The position numbers and the translations under genes are program-made. Shown here piece after piece: positions 1-7,248 of a stretch of 27,595 bases of DNA (within the stretch, counting starts at the first letter, position 1; every line of letters begins with the position of its first letter). The stretch lies in the IMG/VR virus record IMGVR_UViG_3300017707_001118, positions 1 through 27,595 of that record; one strand, 5' to 3'. A model generated the notes under the pieces. It was not told the DNA's origin and did not search any database. It saw nothing but the letters and a program-made list of their open reading frames with translations. Origin of the DNA: a virus. Taxonomy: Duplodnaviria > Caudoviricetes.

Positions 1-493
1 ACAACGTGAACTTGACTCTGCCAGCAGCAAACTCAATATCCAGTTCGTCATTCCATTCCCGCAAAGCTTGCTCCTCGGTCATCTCGCCGAGCTGCACCGC
101 AGCACGACGCCGTAACCAGCTCGGCCAAAGCTTGTTCGACTTCACCGCGTCCATCACCTGTGGCGTTGATTCATGCTCTTCATGCTCACGCCTGGCCTGC
201 ATTACCGCATCACGCATCTTCGCGTCCGAACGCAAACGCATTGCGTTGGACACGATGCACTGCGGAATGAGTTCACGTTCGTAAGCCTTGGGAGCATCCA
301 CGCTGCCGTTGAACCACAGACCAATGACGCGTTCCACCTCGCCACGTTCCAACCGCGTCAACGACTTGGCCCACAGCTCAAGCGTCTTCTCAGGCTGAGG
401 TGACTTGTGAACCATCCAGTCCGCCACATCTGGCAAGGCTGGAAAAACCTCGTCCTTGATGACCCGCTTTGCTTCGTCAATTGTCATGGTCAT
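1..493 (-). CDS. Hypothetical protein (3' end outside window), at the position of a helicase loader/replication accessory gene
   Basis: Hand-translated open frame MTMTIDEAKRVIKDEVFPALPDVADWMVHKSPQPEKTLELWAKSL... running off the window. ATG overlaps the initiator stop (ATGA, 490-493). Not in the ORF track because it is truncated. Confidence 0.7.
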   Translation of the reverse strand, partial: MTMTIDEAKRVIKDEVFPALPDVADWMVHKSPQPEKTLELWAKSLTRLERGEVERVIGLWFNGSVDAPKAYERELIPQCIVSNAMRLRSDAKMRDAVMQARREHEEHESTPQVMDAVKSNKLWPSWLRRRAAVQLGEMTEEQALREWNDELDIEFAAGRVKFTL

Positions 494-1236
494 TTGCAAA
501 ACTCCTTAATAGCCTCAGATTTCGATTTTGACGCACTCTGACGGGCCGACCCGACCGAACGTGCCTGGAAGTCGTTGCCGCTGTCCAGCAGCGTCTTAGC
601 CCCCTTCATGACCGAGAACTCCAGGTCCGCCTTCCCCTTCACCTCGCCACGTCGCAGCACCTCCATCAGCGTTGCGTCCTGGGTCGTCTCTGGCATCTGC
701 CGACCAGTCACCGCGAAGACCGTCTTCAGGAACCGATCCCACGGATCGACCACCCATTCGGGGAGGTCTTTCTTTGGAACGTTTTCCTCCGTGTGTGTGT
801 GTGTAATACTCTTCTCTTCTCTTCTCTTCTCTGGTCCCCCATTTCGTCCCCGCGATGTGGGGACAGAATCGGGACAAGTTGGGGACGCCTTCGAGCGCTG
901 AAAAGCCTTCTTTCGCTGGTCTTTTGCACGTTGTTTGGCTGACTTGCTCAAATGCGTGTCGTAGTTTGGCACCGAAATAAGTCCTCCGTCGATCGTCAAC
1001 CAACCGACTGAAACCATCGCGTCCCCGAACCCGTCCCACCCTGCGACCCGATCCAGTCCCCGACGTGTCCCCTTCACCTGGGGACATTCTGGGGACAGAT
1101 TCCGGTCGCACCAGAACCAAAATTGCACGAGGTGACCCACCACCTGATGAGGAGTAATCTCCAGGATGTCGGCCATCTCCATAACCTCCGGCTTGTCAAT
1201 CAAGCCGTGCTCGACCTTAATCCAGTCTCCGGCCAT
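490..1236 (-). CDS. Phage replication initiator / replisome organiser-like protein
   Basis: N-terminus MAGDWIKV..KPEV..MA..L...VVGHLVQFWFWCD and EKRREEK linker are typical of phage initiators. Start moved to 1236 because AGGAG lies 7 nt upstream. Confidence 0.8.
   Translation of the reverse strand: MAGDWIKVEHGLIDKPEVMEMADILEITPHQVVGHLVQFWFWCDRNLSPECPQVKGTRRGLDRVAGWDGFGDAMVSVGWLTIDGGLISVPNYDTHLSKSAKQRAKDQRKKAFQRSKASPTCPDSVPTSRGRNGGPEKRREEKSITHTHTEENVPKKDLPEWVVDPWDRFLKTVFAVTGRQMPETTQDATLMEVLRRGEVKGKADLEFSVMKGAKTLLDSGNDFQARSVGSARQSASKSKSEAIKEFCK
834..1096. repeat. Iteron-like GTCCCC/GGGGAC repeats, candidate replication origin
   Basis: GTCCCC at 834, 846, 1021, 1056, 1067; GGGGAC at 859, 881, 1080, 1091; GGGAC at 871. 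Two GTCCCC-N7-GGGGAC dyads (846-864, 1067-1085). Confidence 0.65.
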
Positions 1237-1240
1237 TGCA

Positions 1241-1456
1241 TTACTCCTGACGCATTGCTTCACGCACTTTTTGCTTTACGTACTCAGGCACATTGCTGAT
1301 GCCGTATCGTCTCCGCAGTTCGGCATACGCATGCCGAATTGCCTCTCGTTCCTTCGCTTCGCCGTCGATCGTCATGATCGCGATCCGTTCCTCGAACTCA
1401 GTGATCATGTCCGACTCAGTCACGTCGTCGGTCAAAATAGCCTCAACTGAATCCAA
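1241..1456 (-). CDS. Small hypothetical protein (FEERxAIMxxDG-type)
   Basis: EFEERIAIMTIDGEAKEREAIRHA resembles a small helical motif I recognise from phage replication regions. Fills the gap between neighbours. Confidence 0.65.
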   Translation of the reverse strand: MDSVEAILTDDVTESDMITEFEERIAIMTIDGEAKEREAIRHAYAELRRRYGISNVPEYVKQKVREAMRQE

Positions 1457-1692
1457 GCATCCTTCCTCAATTCAATTCGCTTCAGAACGCCGTACCACGA
1501 CGATCGCTTCGGGATGTGCCCGAGTGCGACCATATCCATGTCGTTTTTGAGTATCGCTAAAGCAATTCGTTTCCAACTTGGGGCAAGCCCTTCCGCGTCA
1601 ATTATCTTAGGAACCTCATCTGGAATCCCATCGGAATAACATCTGGAAACCCACATCTTTTCGTAATCGTTTACCAGCTTCTTTGTTTGCAT
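1432..1692 (-). CDS. Stand-alone protein resembling the IbrA/YbdN C-terminal (DUF3440-like) region
   Basis: W..RCYSDGIPDEVP...APSWKRIALAILKND matches ASWKRFAITILKND near the C-terminus of the 4130-5473 protein in this window. Confidence 0.75.
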   Translation of the reverse strand: MQTKKLVNDYEKMWVSRCYSDGIPDEVPKIIDAEGLAPSWKRIALAILKNDMDMVALGHIPKRSSWYGVLKRIELRKDAWIQLRLF

Positions 1693-2074
1693 TGTGTTTT
1701 ATGATCCATTTAACAAGATTGTTTTCCGCCAGTTCGTTTGCTCGTTGCTGCTCGTTTATCGATAGCAGCCAAAATCCGCCTTTGAAGGACGATGGTAACC
1801 CTAATTCAATACAAGCAGAGGATTGCCCAATCCATGCAACGCGGTTGATATTTTGGTTGGTCAGAAAGTTTTCGCATGAAATAGGCCACTCAGCAAAAAC
1901 ACGGTCTATCCCATGTTGAAACCTATCGAGGTTTGCTAGGAAGTCTCGATACTTAAGCTTGAAAACGTGCTCGTCCGTTCCAACGCAATTAGCTGCAGAG
2001 TACATGCCAGCGGCGGTGCACTCCCAGTCGTCCCATTTATGGAAAACCCTCTGGACGCTAGGCATCCTCTTCAT
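1616..2074 (-). CDS. Hypothetical protein within the IbrA/IbrB-like cassette
   Basis: RVFHKWDDWEC..AGMY...WPISCENFLTN..INRVAWIGQ. Start at MKRMPS (2074) with GAGGTGG upstream. Overlaps both neighbours. Confidence 0.7.
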   Translation of the reverse strand: MKRMPSVQRVFHKWDDWECTAAGMYSAANCVGTDEHVFKLKYRDFLANLDRFQHGIDRVFAEWPISCENFLTNQNINRVAWIGQSSACIELGLPSSFKGGFWLLSINEQQRANELAENNLVKWIIKHNANKEAGKRLRKDVGFQMLFRWDSR

Positions 2075-2690
2075 TTGCCACCTCTTCCTCAAACAGCTCT
2101 TGCTCATCAATCTCGTCAGCCTCCCAGCTCTGAGAGAAGGACCGGTTTGCAAACAGAGCGGCCACCCCTGTTATCTGTTTAAGTCTTAACAGCTCGTCTA
2201 GGCTCATCCCAATGTGCTGGCAGATCCATCGATCGCCCTTGCCCATTTCGACCAGCTCAGCAACAATCGTGCTCATCAGCTCGATGTTGTGCGTCCCTCT
2301 CGCTCTGTTGTGGCGAATGGTGGACGCCATTCGATCACCTAGTTCCTTGTCGATAACGACAACCGGGAGCATGCCACCCTCTCTCTCAAAAATCCTGCGA
2401 CTGTTCTTGAGAGTCAAGTATCGGTGGAATCCGTCAACAACGATGTACATGTCGTTGTCGCTGTCGTAGTACGTCACGACTGGCTGTGTATATCCGTCCT
2501 CCCAAATCGACGTCTCAAGCAATGCCATCTCAGGCGGTGCGACCGCATTGGGGTTGTAGTCGTTGGCCCGGACCTTATCGATAGGAACGGCCCTCACGTT
2601 ATAAACTGGCGATGTAAACTTATTCATTCCATCCTCTCGGTATCTTTCGTCTGTAAGTATTGCATGCAGAATATGTGGCGGCATCATCAA
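2058..2690 (-). CDS. IbrB/YbdM-like ParB/Sulfiredoxin-domain protein
   Basis: SPVYNV..VP..KV.ANDYNPN.VAPPEM.LL..SI.EDGYTQPVV...VVDGFHRY...RMASTIRHNRARG.H is the IbrB/YbdM pattern. Alternative start at 2627 (MNKFTS). Confidence 0.88.
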   Translation of the reverse strand: MMMPPHILHAILTDERYREDGMNKFTSPVYNVRAVPIDKVRANDYNPNAVAPPEMALLETSIWEDGYTQPVVTYYDSDNDMYIVVDGFHRYLTLKNSRRIFEREGGMLPVVVIDKELGDRMASTIRHNRARGTHNIELMSTIVAELVEMGKGDRWICQHIGMSLDELLRLKQITGVAALFANRSFSQSWEADEIDEQELFEEEVANEEDA

Positions 2691-3061
2691 TATGATCCGC
2701 TTTCGTCATGCACTTCCTTGCCAGTGCACGGCGGATTGAACACGGAGATCAAAGTCACCTCTGACGTAGCTCGGAAGAAATGATCGTCATGGGCATCGAG
2801 CACATAGCAGCATCCTGGATACACTTCCGAAACTTCACCGGTCAACGCATTTTTGAGCATCCCAAATCCAGATATGCAATAGCATGCCTCAAGATGTCGC
2901 TTGTAGTGCCAGTGCTGCCAATCACCGGCTGGAATTACGGTTCTATGCAAACCGAACCCCATCCCCTCGCTTTCAAGCAGGTATCGATAACTAATAAATC
3001 CATTGTTTGGACATTGAACGCGACGTTCGTCGTCAACGTCGCATGGTTGTATGACGTACAT
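2687..3061 (-). CDS. ectC: Ectoine synthase-like cupin (solitary EctC)
   Basis: S.RYLL..EGMGF.LH.T.I..G...H.HY..HLEACYCI.G.G...G..Y.LD.HD.H...A......VFNPP.TG.EVHDE.GSY follows the EctC signature throughout. Metal-ligand equivalents E, Y and H are present. Start 3061 (GGAGGT upstream, TAATG overlap). Confidence 0.88.
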   Translation of the reverse strand: MYVIQPCDVDDERRVQCPNNGFISYRYLLESEGMGFGLHRTVIPAGDWQHWHYKRHLEACYCISGFGMLKNALTGEVSEVYPGCCYVLDAHDDHFFRATSEVTLISVFNPPCTGKEVHDESGSY

Positions 3062-4128
3062 TAAACGTACCTCCATTCAATACGGCCTTTTCTTAGTTGA
3101 TGGTTGTATACGTCCTCGATAAAATGAGGGGCTAGCTTTGCAGCTCTGCTCCCGGTTGTGCCAGCATGTCTCCCGGCTAGTTGCTGGTATTTTTCTTCAT
3201 GCATTCTTGCAAGAACGAGACACATCCGAGAATCATCTATTATTTCGCCGTACCTTGAATACAAGATCGTAAGCATCTGCACAAAATGGCTTGATCCAAA
3301 CATTTGTTGCCACCTTGCGTCATCACCGTCGCCAAATGATTGACTTATGACAAACAGCACTCTATCCAAAACTCCACGTTGATAAGCGTCACGAATTGTA
3401 TTCGCAGCACCAAATTGACGCTTGTTTTTTCCGATGTCAAATCCATATTTGTCTAATAACTGCTGGATGCTCACAGTAGCCTCTTCGCGTTGAGCAAGCA
3501 TTGCTTTGTACATGGAAATACAATTGACTCCGGTACGCTTTGAGTTTAAGTCGTGAAAAACTTCTGCTTCATGCTCCGTGCCACGTGAAAGAAAAAAGAC
3601 GCATGCGAGGGACTCGAGTCCCGCACCTTTTGCACCAAGGAATCGGTGGAATCCATCGACAACCCATTTTGAACCATCGGATCTGACTGCGACCGTTATG
3701 ACTCCGGCAAGCAGCGGATTGAAGTCTTGCTGTATTGATTTAACCAGCTTTCGGTTGACGTAGTTAGTTCTCTGGTAACACGCATCTATTTGTAATTCAC
3801 TTATCAAAACTTCAGAGTTCTGCTGGACTTGAAATAAATTTTCGGTTGACCCATCAGTTTCGAAGGCAAGTTTGCACTGCGTGCTTCCCGACAGCACATG
3901 TTTCTTGACTCTAAAATTCAGGTACGGAGCATCTCCAATTAACGCTCTGCTTTTGCGCCTCTCTACTCCAAGTAACAATCTGAACTCCTGCACGCTTCTA
4001 CCGTGCGTTCCTACTATCGCCTGTAAAGCAAGAACTTCAGAGTCGGACAACGAGTCTATTCCCTTGTTCAACTTGCCTAGATACTCGCGTATAGCTTCGG
4101 CTTCGCCTTTGTTAAAATACCTTTTCAT
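3061..4128 (-). CDS. ParB-like N-terminal domain protein (DUF6551/DGQHR-like) with ~100-aa N-terminal extension
   Basis: LQID..YQR......V..I...FNP...G.I.V..R.DG...VVDGFHR...A, then E.EA..F..LN..R. GC about 42% in a hand-counted 180-nt sample (3361-3540). Confidence 0.75.
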   Translation of the reverse strand: MKRYFNKGEAEAIREYLGKLNKGIDSLSDSEVLALQAIVGTHGRSVQEFRLLLGVERRKSRALIGDAPYLNFRVKKHVLSGSTQCKLAFETDGSTENLFQVQQNSEVLISELQIDACYQRTNYVNRKLVKSIQQDFNPLLAGVITVAVRSDGSKWVVDGFHRFLGAKGAGLESLACVFFLSRGTEHEAEVFHDLNSKRTGVNCISMYKAMLAQREEATVSIQQLLDKYGFDIGKNKRQFGAANTIRDAYQRGVLDRVLFVISQSFGDGDDARWQQMFGSSHFVQMLTILYSRYGEIIDDSRMCLVLARMHEEKYQQLAGRHAGTTGSRAAKLAPHFIEDVYNHQLRKGRIEWRYV

Positions 4129-4129
4129 C

Positions 4130-5473
4130 TTACTTAACCTTCCTGTACTTCGCTGAAATCATTCTCTGCCTATCCATCTGCTCCCGCGTAGGAGCCAGAC
4201 CCATGTATTTACAAACATGGTCATTCTTCAAAATCGTTATCGCGAACCGCTTCCAAGAAGCGACTTGACTGTTGTGACAACTGAGCATGTCCAAATGGTC
4301 CGGGAACTTCCATATGCGAACGCGATCTAGTGTCTGGTTGCCGTGTCGCGTTTTTCCGTTCAACTTAAACTCAATACCGTGAGCCGATAACTCGTCAATT
4401 ATGTTTTGAGGTACACCGCGGCCCACTCTCCCCCAGACCTTTATCGACTGAGCGAACCGCTTACGAAAATTTTCAGATACCTCTTGAGGCAGCGTGTCCA
4501 ACAGGAACTTGACGAACGATTTCCAAGTGTGTCCTGGAGGAAGCTTGAAACTCTTGTAGTTGAGCTGCTTCCCGTAGGTAGCTATAAAATTTGCACCGTG
4601 AACGCGAGAACATAATCTCGCCCACGTGCCTGGATCTATTACCCTGTAAAGATTCAAGCTGCTTTTGCTTTCCGACATAAACGGCGACGCAACACGCATC
4701 TTGTGCACTGGCACACCAGCCTTGTAAAACACGTCGTAAAGCTGGTTGTACTCCCATTCGAACTTAGCGTTCGCGGTCCAAATATCCTCCGTCCTCCAAT
4801 CATAAATCGGATAACAGTTATAGACGTGTTCTGAATTACGCTTGGTCCATTTCTGACCGTCCAGCGATTCCTTCCTGTCGTTCAAAATAGCCCTAAATCT
4901 GTTTAGGCTTTCAGCAGTCCTGATGCCAATCATCGAGCAACATCGCTCTCCTTGAGCGTACCAAGCACCAAACTCATCCCAAAACTCGTCGTACATCATG
5001 TTTTCTCGAAAGAATGGCATGCTGTGATTCTGCAAATTGACTATGTAGTCTTGCTTTGGCATTGGTCGAATCCATCGCTCCTTGTCGGCTTCTCCCCAGC
5101 ACTGCCAGTCCACCGCGTATTGCGACACGGTGCACGGCAGCGTAATTGGCAGGCAACACCAATACACGTCGAGTATGTCGAGGTTCTTGCTCAATATCGA
5201 ATGCATGAAGCTTAGCGAGTGCTCGTAGTTTGCTTCATTATCCAGGATCATCACGCCGACTTTCTTCGTGATTCCATGCTTCCGCATGTAATCAATAACC
5301 AGGTTGAGCATCACACCCGAATCTTTCCCTCCGCTGAAGGAAACGTACATCCTTGGAAACTTTTCAAACATGAACGCAATGCGTTCTTGAGTCGCTTCAA
5401 ATACGTTTTGCTTTTTGTAGGTGCGACGTAAACGAATACGCTCTTCCTGTTTCACCACCACTTGTTGATTCAC
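4130..5473 (-). CDS. IbrA/YbdN-like PAPS-reductase-family (PP-loop) protein with DUF3440-like C-terminus
   Basis: PP-loop VSFSGGKDSG, IGIRTAESLNRF, YPIYDW..EDIW, YN.LYD.FYKAGV, C-terminal SWKR...ILKND. Likely GTG start at 5473 with GAGGAGG upstream. Confidence 0.9.
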   Translation of the reverse strand: MNQQVVVKQEERIRLRRTYKKQNVFEATQERIAFMFEKFPRMYVSFSGGKDSGVMLNLVIDYMRKHGITKKVGVMILDNEANYEHSLSFMHSILSKNLDILDVYWCCLPITLPCTVSQYAVDWQCWGEADKERWIRPMPKQDYIVNLQNHSMPFFRENMMYDEFWDEFGAWYAQGERCCSMIGIRTAESLNRFRAILNDRKESLDGQKWTKRNSEHVYNCYPIYDWRTEDIWTANAKFEWEYNQLYDVFYKAGVPVHKMRVASPFMSESKSSLNLYRVIDPGTWARLCSRVHGANFIATYGKQLNYKSFKLPPGHTWKSFVKFLLDTLPQEVSENFRKRFAQSIKVWGRVGRGVPQNIIDELSAHGIEFKLNGKTRHGNQTLDRVRIWKFPDHLDMLSCHNSQVASWKRFAITILKNDHVCKYMGLAPTREQMDRQRMISAKYRKVK

Positions 5474-5474
5474 T

Positions 5475-5834
5475 TCATTTCCTCCTCGCAAACATGTTTC
5501 TTTCCTTTTTAATCGTCCGCAACCTTTGCTTTCGCTCAATCTCCACCTCTTCCGCCAGATCGCAACCGAGGCACCGCATCGTGAGGATCTTCGCTCCGCA
5601 TCTGCCGCATCGATGTTGGTTCTTCTCGACGAATCCACGTCGAATCTGACGTGCCAGAGTCATGTAATAATCTCGGCACTTGTTCCGTCCGAGGTGCATG
5701 TGGTGATCTCGATTGTTCGACCACCATCGAGAAAACATCTCGCCAGCGGTTTCGATGGGATCTCTTGGCGAATAAAGCATCGCGTCCATCAGTTCCTCGA
5801 TCGCCTTGTCCGTAAAGTTCAACCTACTAGCCAT
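5475..5834 (-). CDS. Hypothetical protein with CxxC-x8-CxxC zinc finger
   Basis: RCGRCGAKILTMRCLGC. Start re-assigned to MASRLN (5834) because a small ORF occupies 5819-5920. Confidence 0.65.
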   Translation of the reverse strand: MASRLNFTDKAIEELMDAMLYSPRDPIETAGEMFSRWWSNNRDHHMHLGRNKCRDYYMTLARQIRRGFVEKNQHRCGRCGAKILTMRCLGCDLAEEVEIERKQRLRTIKKERNMFARRK

Positions 5835-5920
5835 AACATCACCATCACCAACGCGAACACTGAAACCACGAGCACCACTTCCGTGACCGGCCATCGGTCC
5901 CAATCAATCTCTTCTTCCAT
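5819..5920 (-). CDS. 33-aa single-pass membrane protein
   Basis: Hand-translated MEEEIDWDRWPVTEVVLVVSVFALVMVMLWLVG*, with strong AAGGAGGG upstream. Below the ORF-track length cutoff. Confidence 0.7.
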   Translation of the reverse strand: MEEEIDWDRWPVTEVVLVVSVFALVMVMLWLVG

Positions 5921-5938
5921 CGCTTCAACCCTCCTTAA

Positions 5939-6026
5939 AACCGACGGCAGGATTTGAACCTGCAACTCTGGAGCGTCTGGTCAGTAACCTCAGCCCAGCG
6001 TGTTTCCTGGATTACACCACGTCGGC
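5939..6026 (-). tRNA. tRNA-like element with a 21-nt anticodon loop (possible 14-nt insertion at 37/38, nominal anticodon GAG); no encoded CCA
   Basis: Minus strand: GCCGACG-TG-GTGT AATCCAGGAA ACAC-G-CTGGG [CTGAGGTTACTGACCAGACGC] TCCAG-AGTT-GCAGG TTCAAAT CCTGC-CGTCGGT-T. Acceptor, D and T arms all pair, and the element fills an intergenic gap. Confidence 0.75.
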
Positions 6027-6031
6027 CACAA

Positions 6032-6262
6032 TCACCGGCTCTGTACTACCGGGAACTGTGCGTACACCTCTTCAATCCTCCGCGTCTGCTGCTCGCAGAC
6101 TTCGTCTACCTTTTTCAGCTCTCGCCACAATGCGACGAGTGCCATCTGTTCTCTGGTCAGCGTTTCCAATCGACCCGTCGCCAACGACTCCGCGATCCTG
6201 CGTGCATCATGCGGCGTGATCGGTGCAATGAGTCCGTACCGTCTTGATGTTGGATAGATCAT
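6032..6262 (-). CDS. Hypothetical protein
   Basis: 76-aa ORF with ATGA overlap to the upstream gene. No motif recognised. Confidence 0.6.
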   Translation of the reverse strand: MIYPTSRRYGLIAPITPHDARRIAESLATGRLETLTREQMALVALWRELKKVDEVCEQQTRRIEEVYAQFPVVQSR

Positions 6263-6564
6263 CGATACACCTTGTACGTTTGAGCCAGCTTGCCTGTGTG
6301 GTTGCAGATCCGTTGATCGTGTTGATAGATCACCAACTTCGATTGCAGTCCGCTCGCACGCTTGCGAATGGACTCATGATTGAGTGCACCGTTGCGTACT
6401 GCTCTCGCCGCGACCTCGTTGGCCGTCGCCTCGCCCAGCTCCAGCAGGCACGCGATGAAAGTCTGCTCCAGCATTCCGAGCTTCGGTGCGATCTCCTCAG
6501 CAGCGATCTGCGAGGTGATCGGATCGCTCGCACGAGCCTCTGCCCAGTCAAGCAATGGCATCAT
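6259..6564 (-). CDS. Putative winged-helix DNA-binding protein
   Basis: AR.SDP.TS..AA N-terminus, G.ATANEVA....IRKRASGL helix-turn-helix-like core and beta-wing C-terminus. GAGGTG upstream. Confidence 0.65.
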   Translation of the reverse strand: MMPLLDWAEARASDPITSQIAAEEIAPKLGMLEQTFIACLLELGEATANEVAARAVRNGALNHESIRKRASGLQSKLVIYQHDQRICNHTGKLAQTYKVYR

Positions 6565-6566
6565 TG

Positions 6567-7244
6567 CTACACCTCGACCGTTTCTTCCAAAGCCACTGGA
6601 GCAGGTTGCAGCGGTGCAGCGTTCTTGATAATTCCGCCAACGCGACGCGGTGCAGCGGTGTTGATCACCTCGCCTTCAACCGTGTCCGAAACTTCCTCGG
6701 ACGTGTGCAATCCCATCGCCAGCTCCGGTGCGTAGGCTCGGATGAACCATCCGGCAGCACGGTAGCGAAGCATCTGTTCTGGCATCGTCTGCCACTTGGA
6801 ACCCTGCTTGCCAAACCATCCTTCCTTTTTTGCCAATCCAACGGTGATCTCGCTTCCTTCGAGCATCTCGCCGGTGCACAACTCGACGGCACAAGCAACG
6901 CATCCATGCGTGTCCGTGCCAGGCTGTCCTGTCCATCGGTAGCGAATCGCGGAGAACTTGCCGCAGGAGTTGAACGTCGCGATCAGGAACTGACTCGACC
7001 AGCTCGGCCTTCCGTGCACAATGTACAAATTCTGCATCACCATCAGCGGATCGGCACCCATCCGATTCGCCATGTTCAAAGCAACGACGCAGTTGGCGAT
7101 GTTGTTCTGGAACTCCTTCGGAACCAGCGTTGACGACGACAGCAACTTCGCTGCTCGTTGCGTCAGCATGAAACTCTTTTCGGAACCGAAGCCGATAGAA
7201 ACGTCATCCGCACTCACCAACTCTTTTTCGATAACCACACTCAT
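6567..7244 (-). CDS. RecT/Redbeta-like single-strand annealing protein
   Basis: S.LVPKEFQ...ANCVVALNMA.RMG.DPLMVMQNLYIVHGRPSW...SKWQTMPEQMLRYRAA..F.R.YAPE. Adjacent to a RecE-like exonuclease. Start 7244 (GGAGGG). Confidence 0.8.
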   Translation of the reverse strand: MSVVIEKELVSADDVSIGFGSEKSFMLTQRAAKLLSSSTLVPKEFQNNIANCVVALNMANRMGADPLMVMQNLYIVHGRPSWSSQFLIATFNSCGKFSAIRYRWTGQPGTDTHGCVACAVELCTGEMLEGSEITVGLAKKEGWFGKQGSKWQTMPEQMLRYRAAGWFIRAYAPELAMGLHTSEEVSDTVEGEVINTAAPRRVGGIIKNAAPLQPAPVALEETVEV

Positions 7245-7248
7245 CAGA

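Noticed and set aside
791-830. (GT)n and (CTTCT)n simple repeats
   Set aside because: They encode the low-complexity EKRREEKSITHTHT linker common in phage initiators. No evidence for a contingency locus.
2687-3061. Ectoine biosynthesis operon as an auxiliary metabolic module
   Set aside because: No ectA or ectB in the window; the context is ibrAB-like genes.
2058-5473. Complete Dnd/Ssp phosphorothioation system
   Set aside because: Only PP-loop and ParB-like relatives are present. No cysteine desulfurase, DndD ATPase or DndE recognised in the window.
5939-6026. Ordinary functional tRNA-Leu(GAG) or an attP-associated tRNA fragment
   Set aside because: 21-nt anticodon loop, short variable region, U at 73, no CCA, and no integrase nearby.
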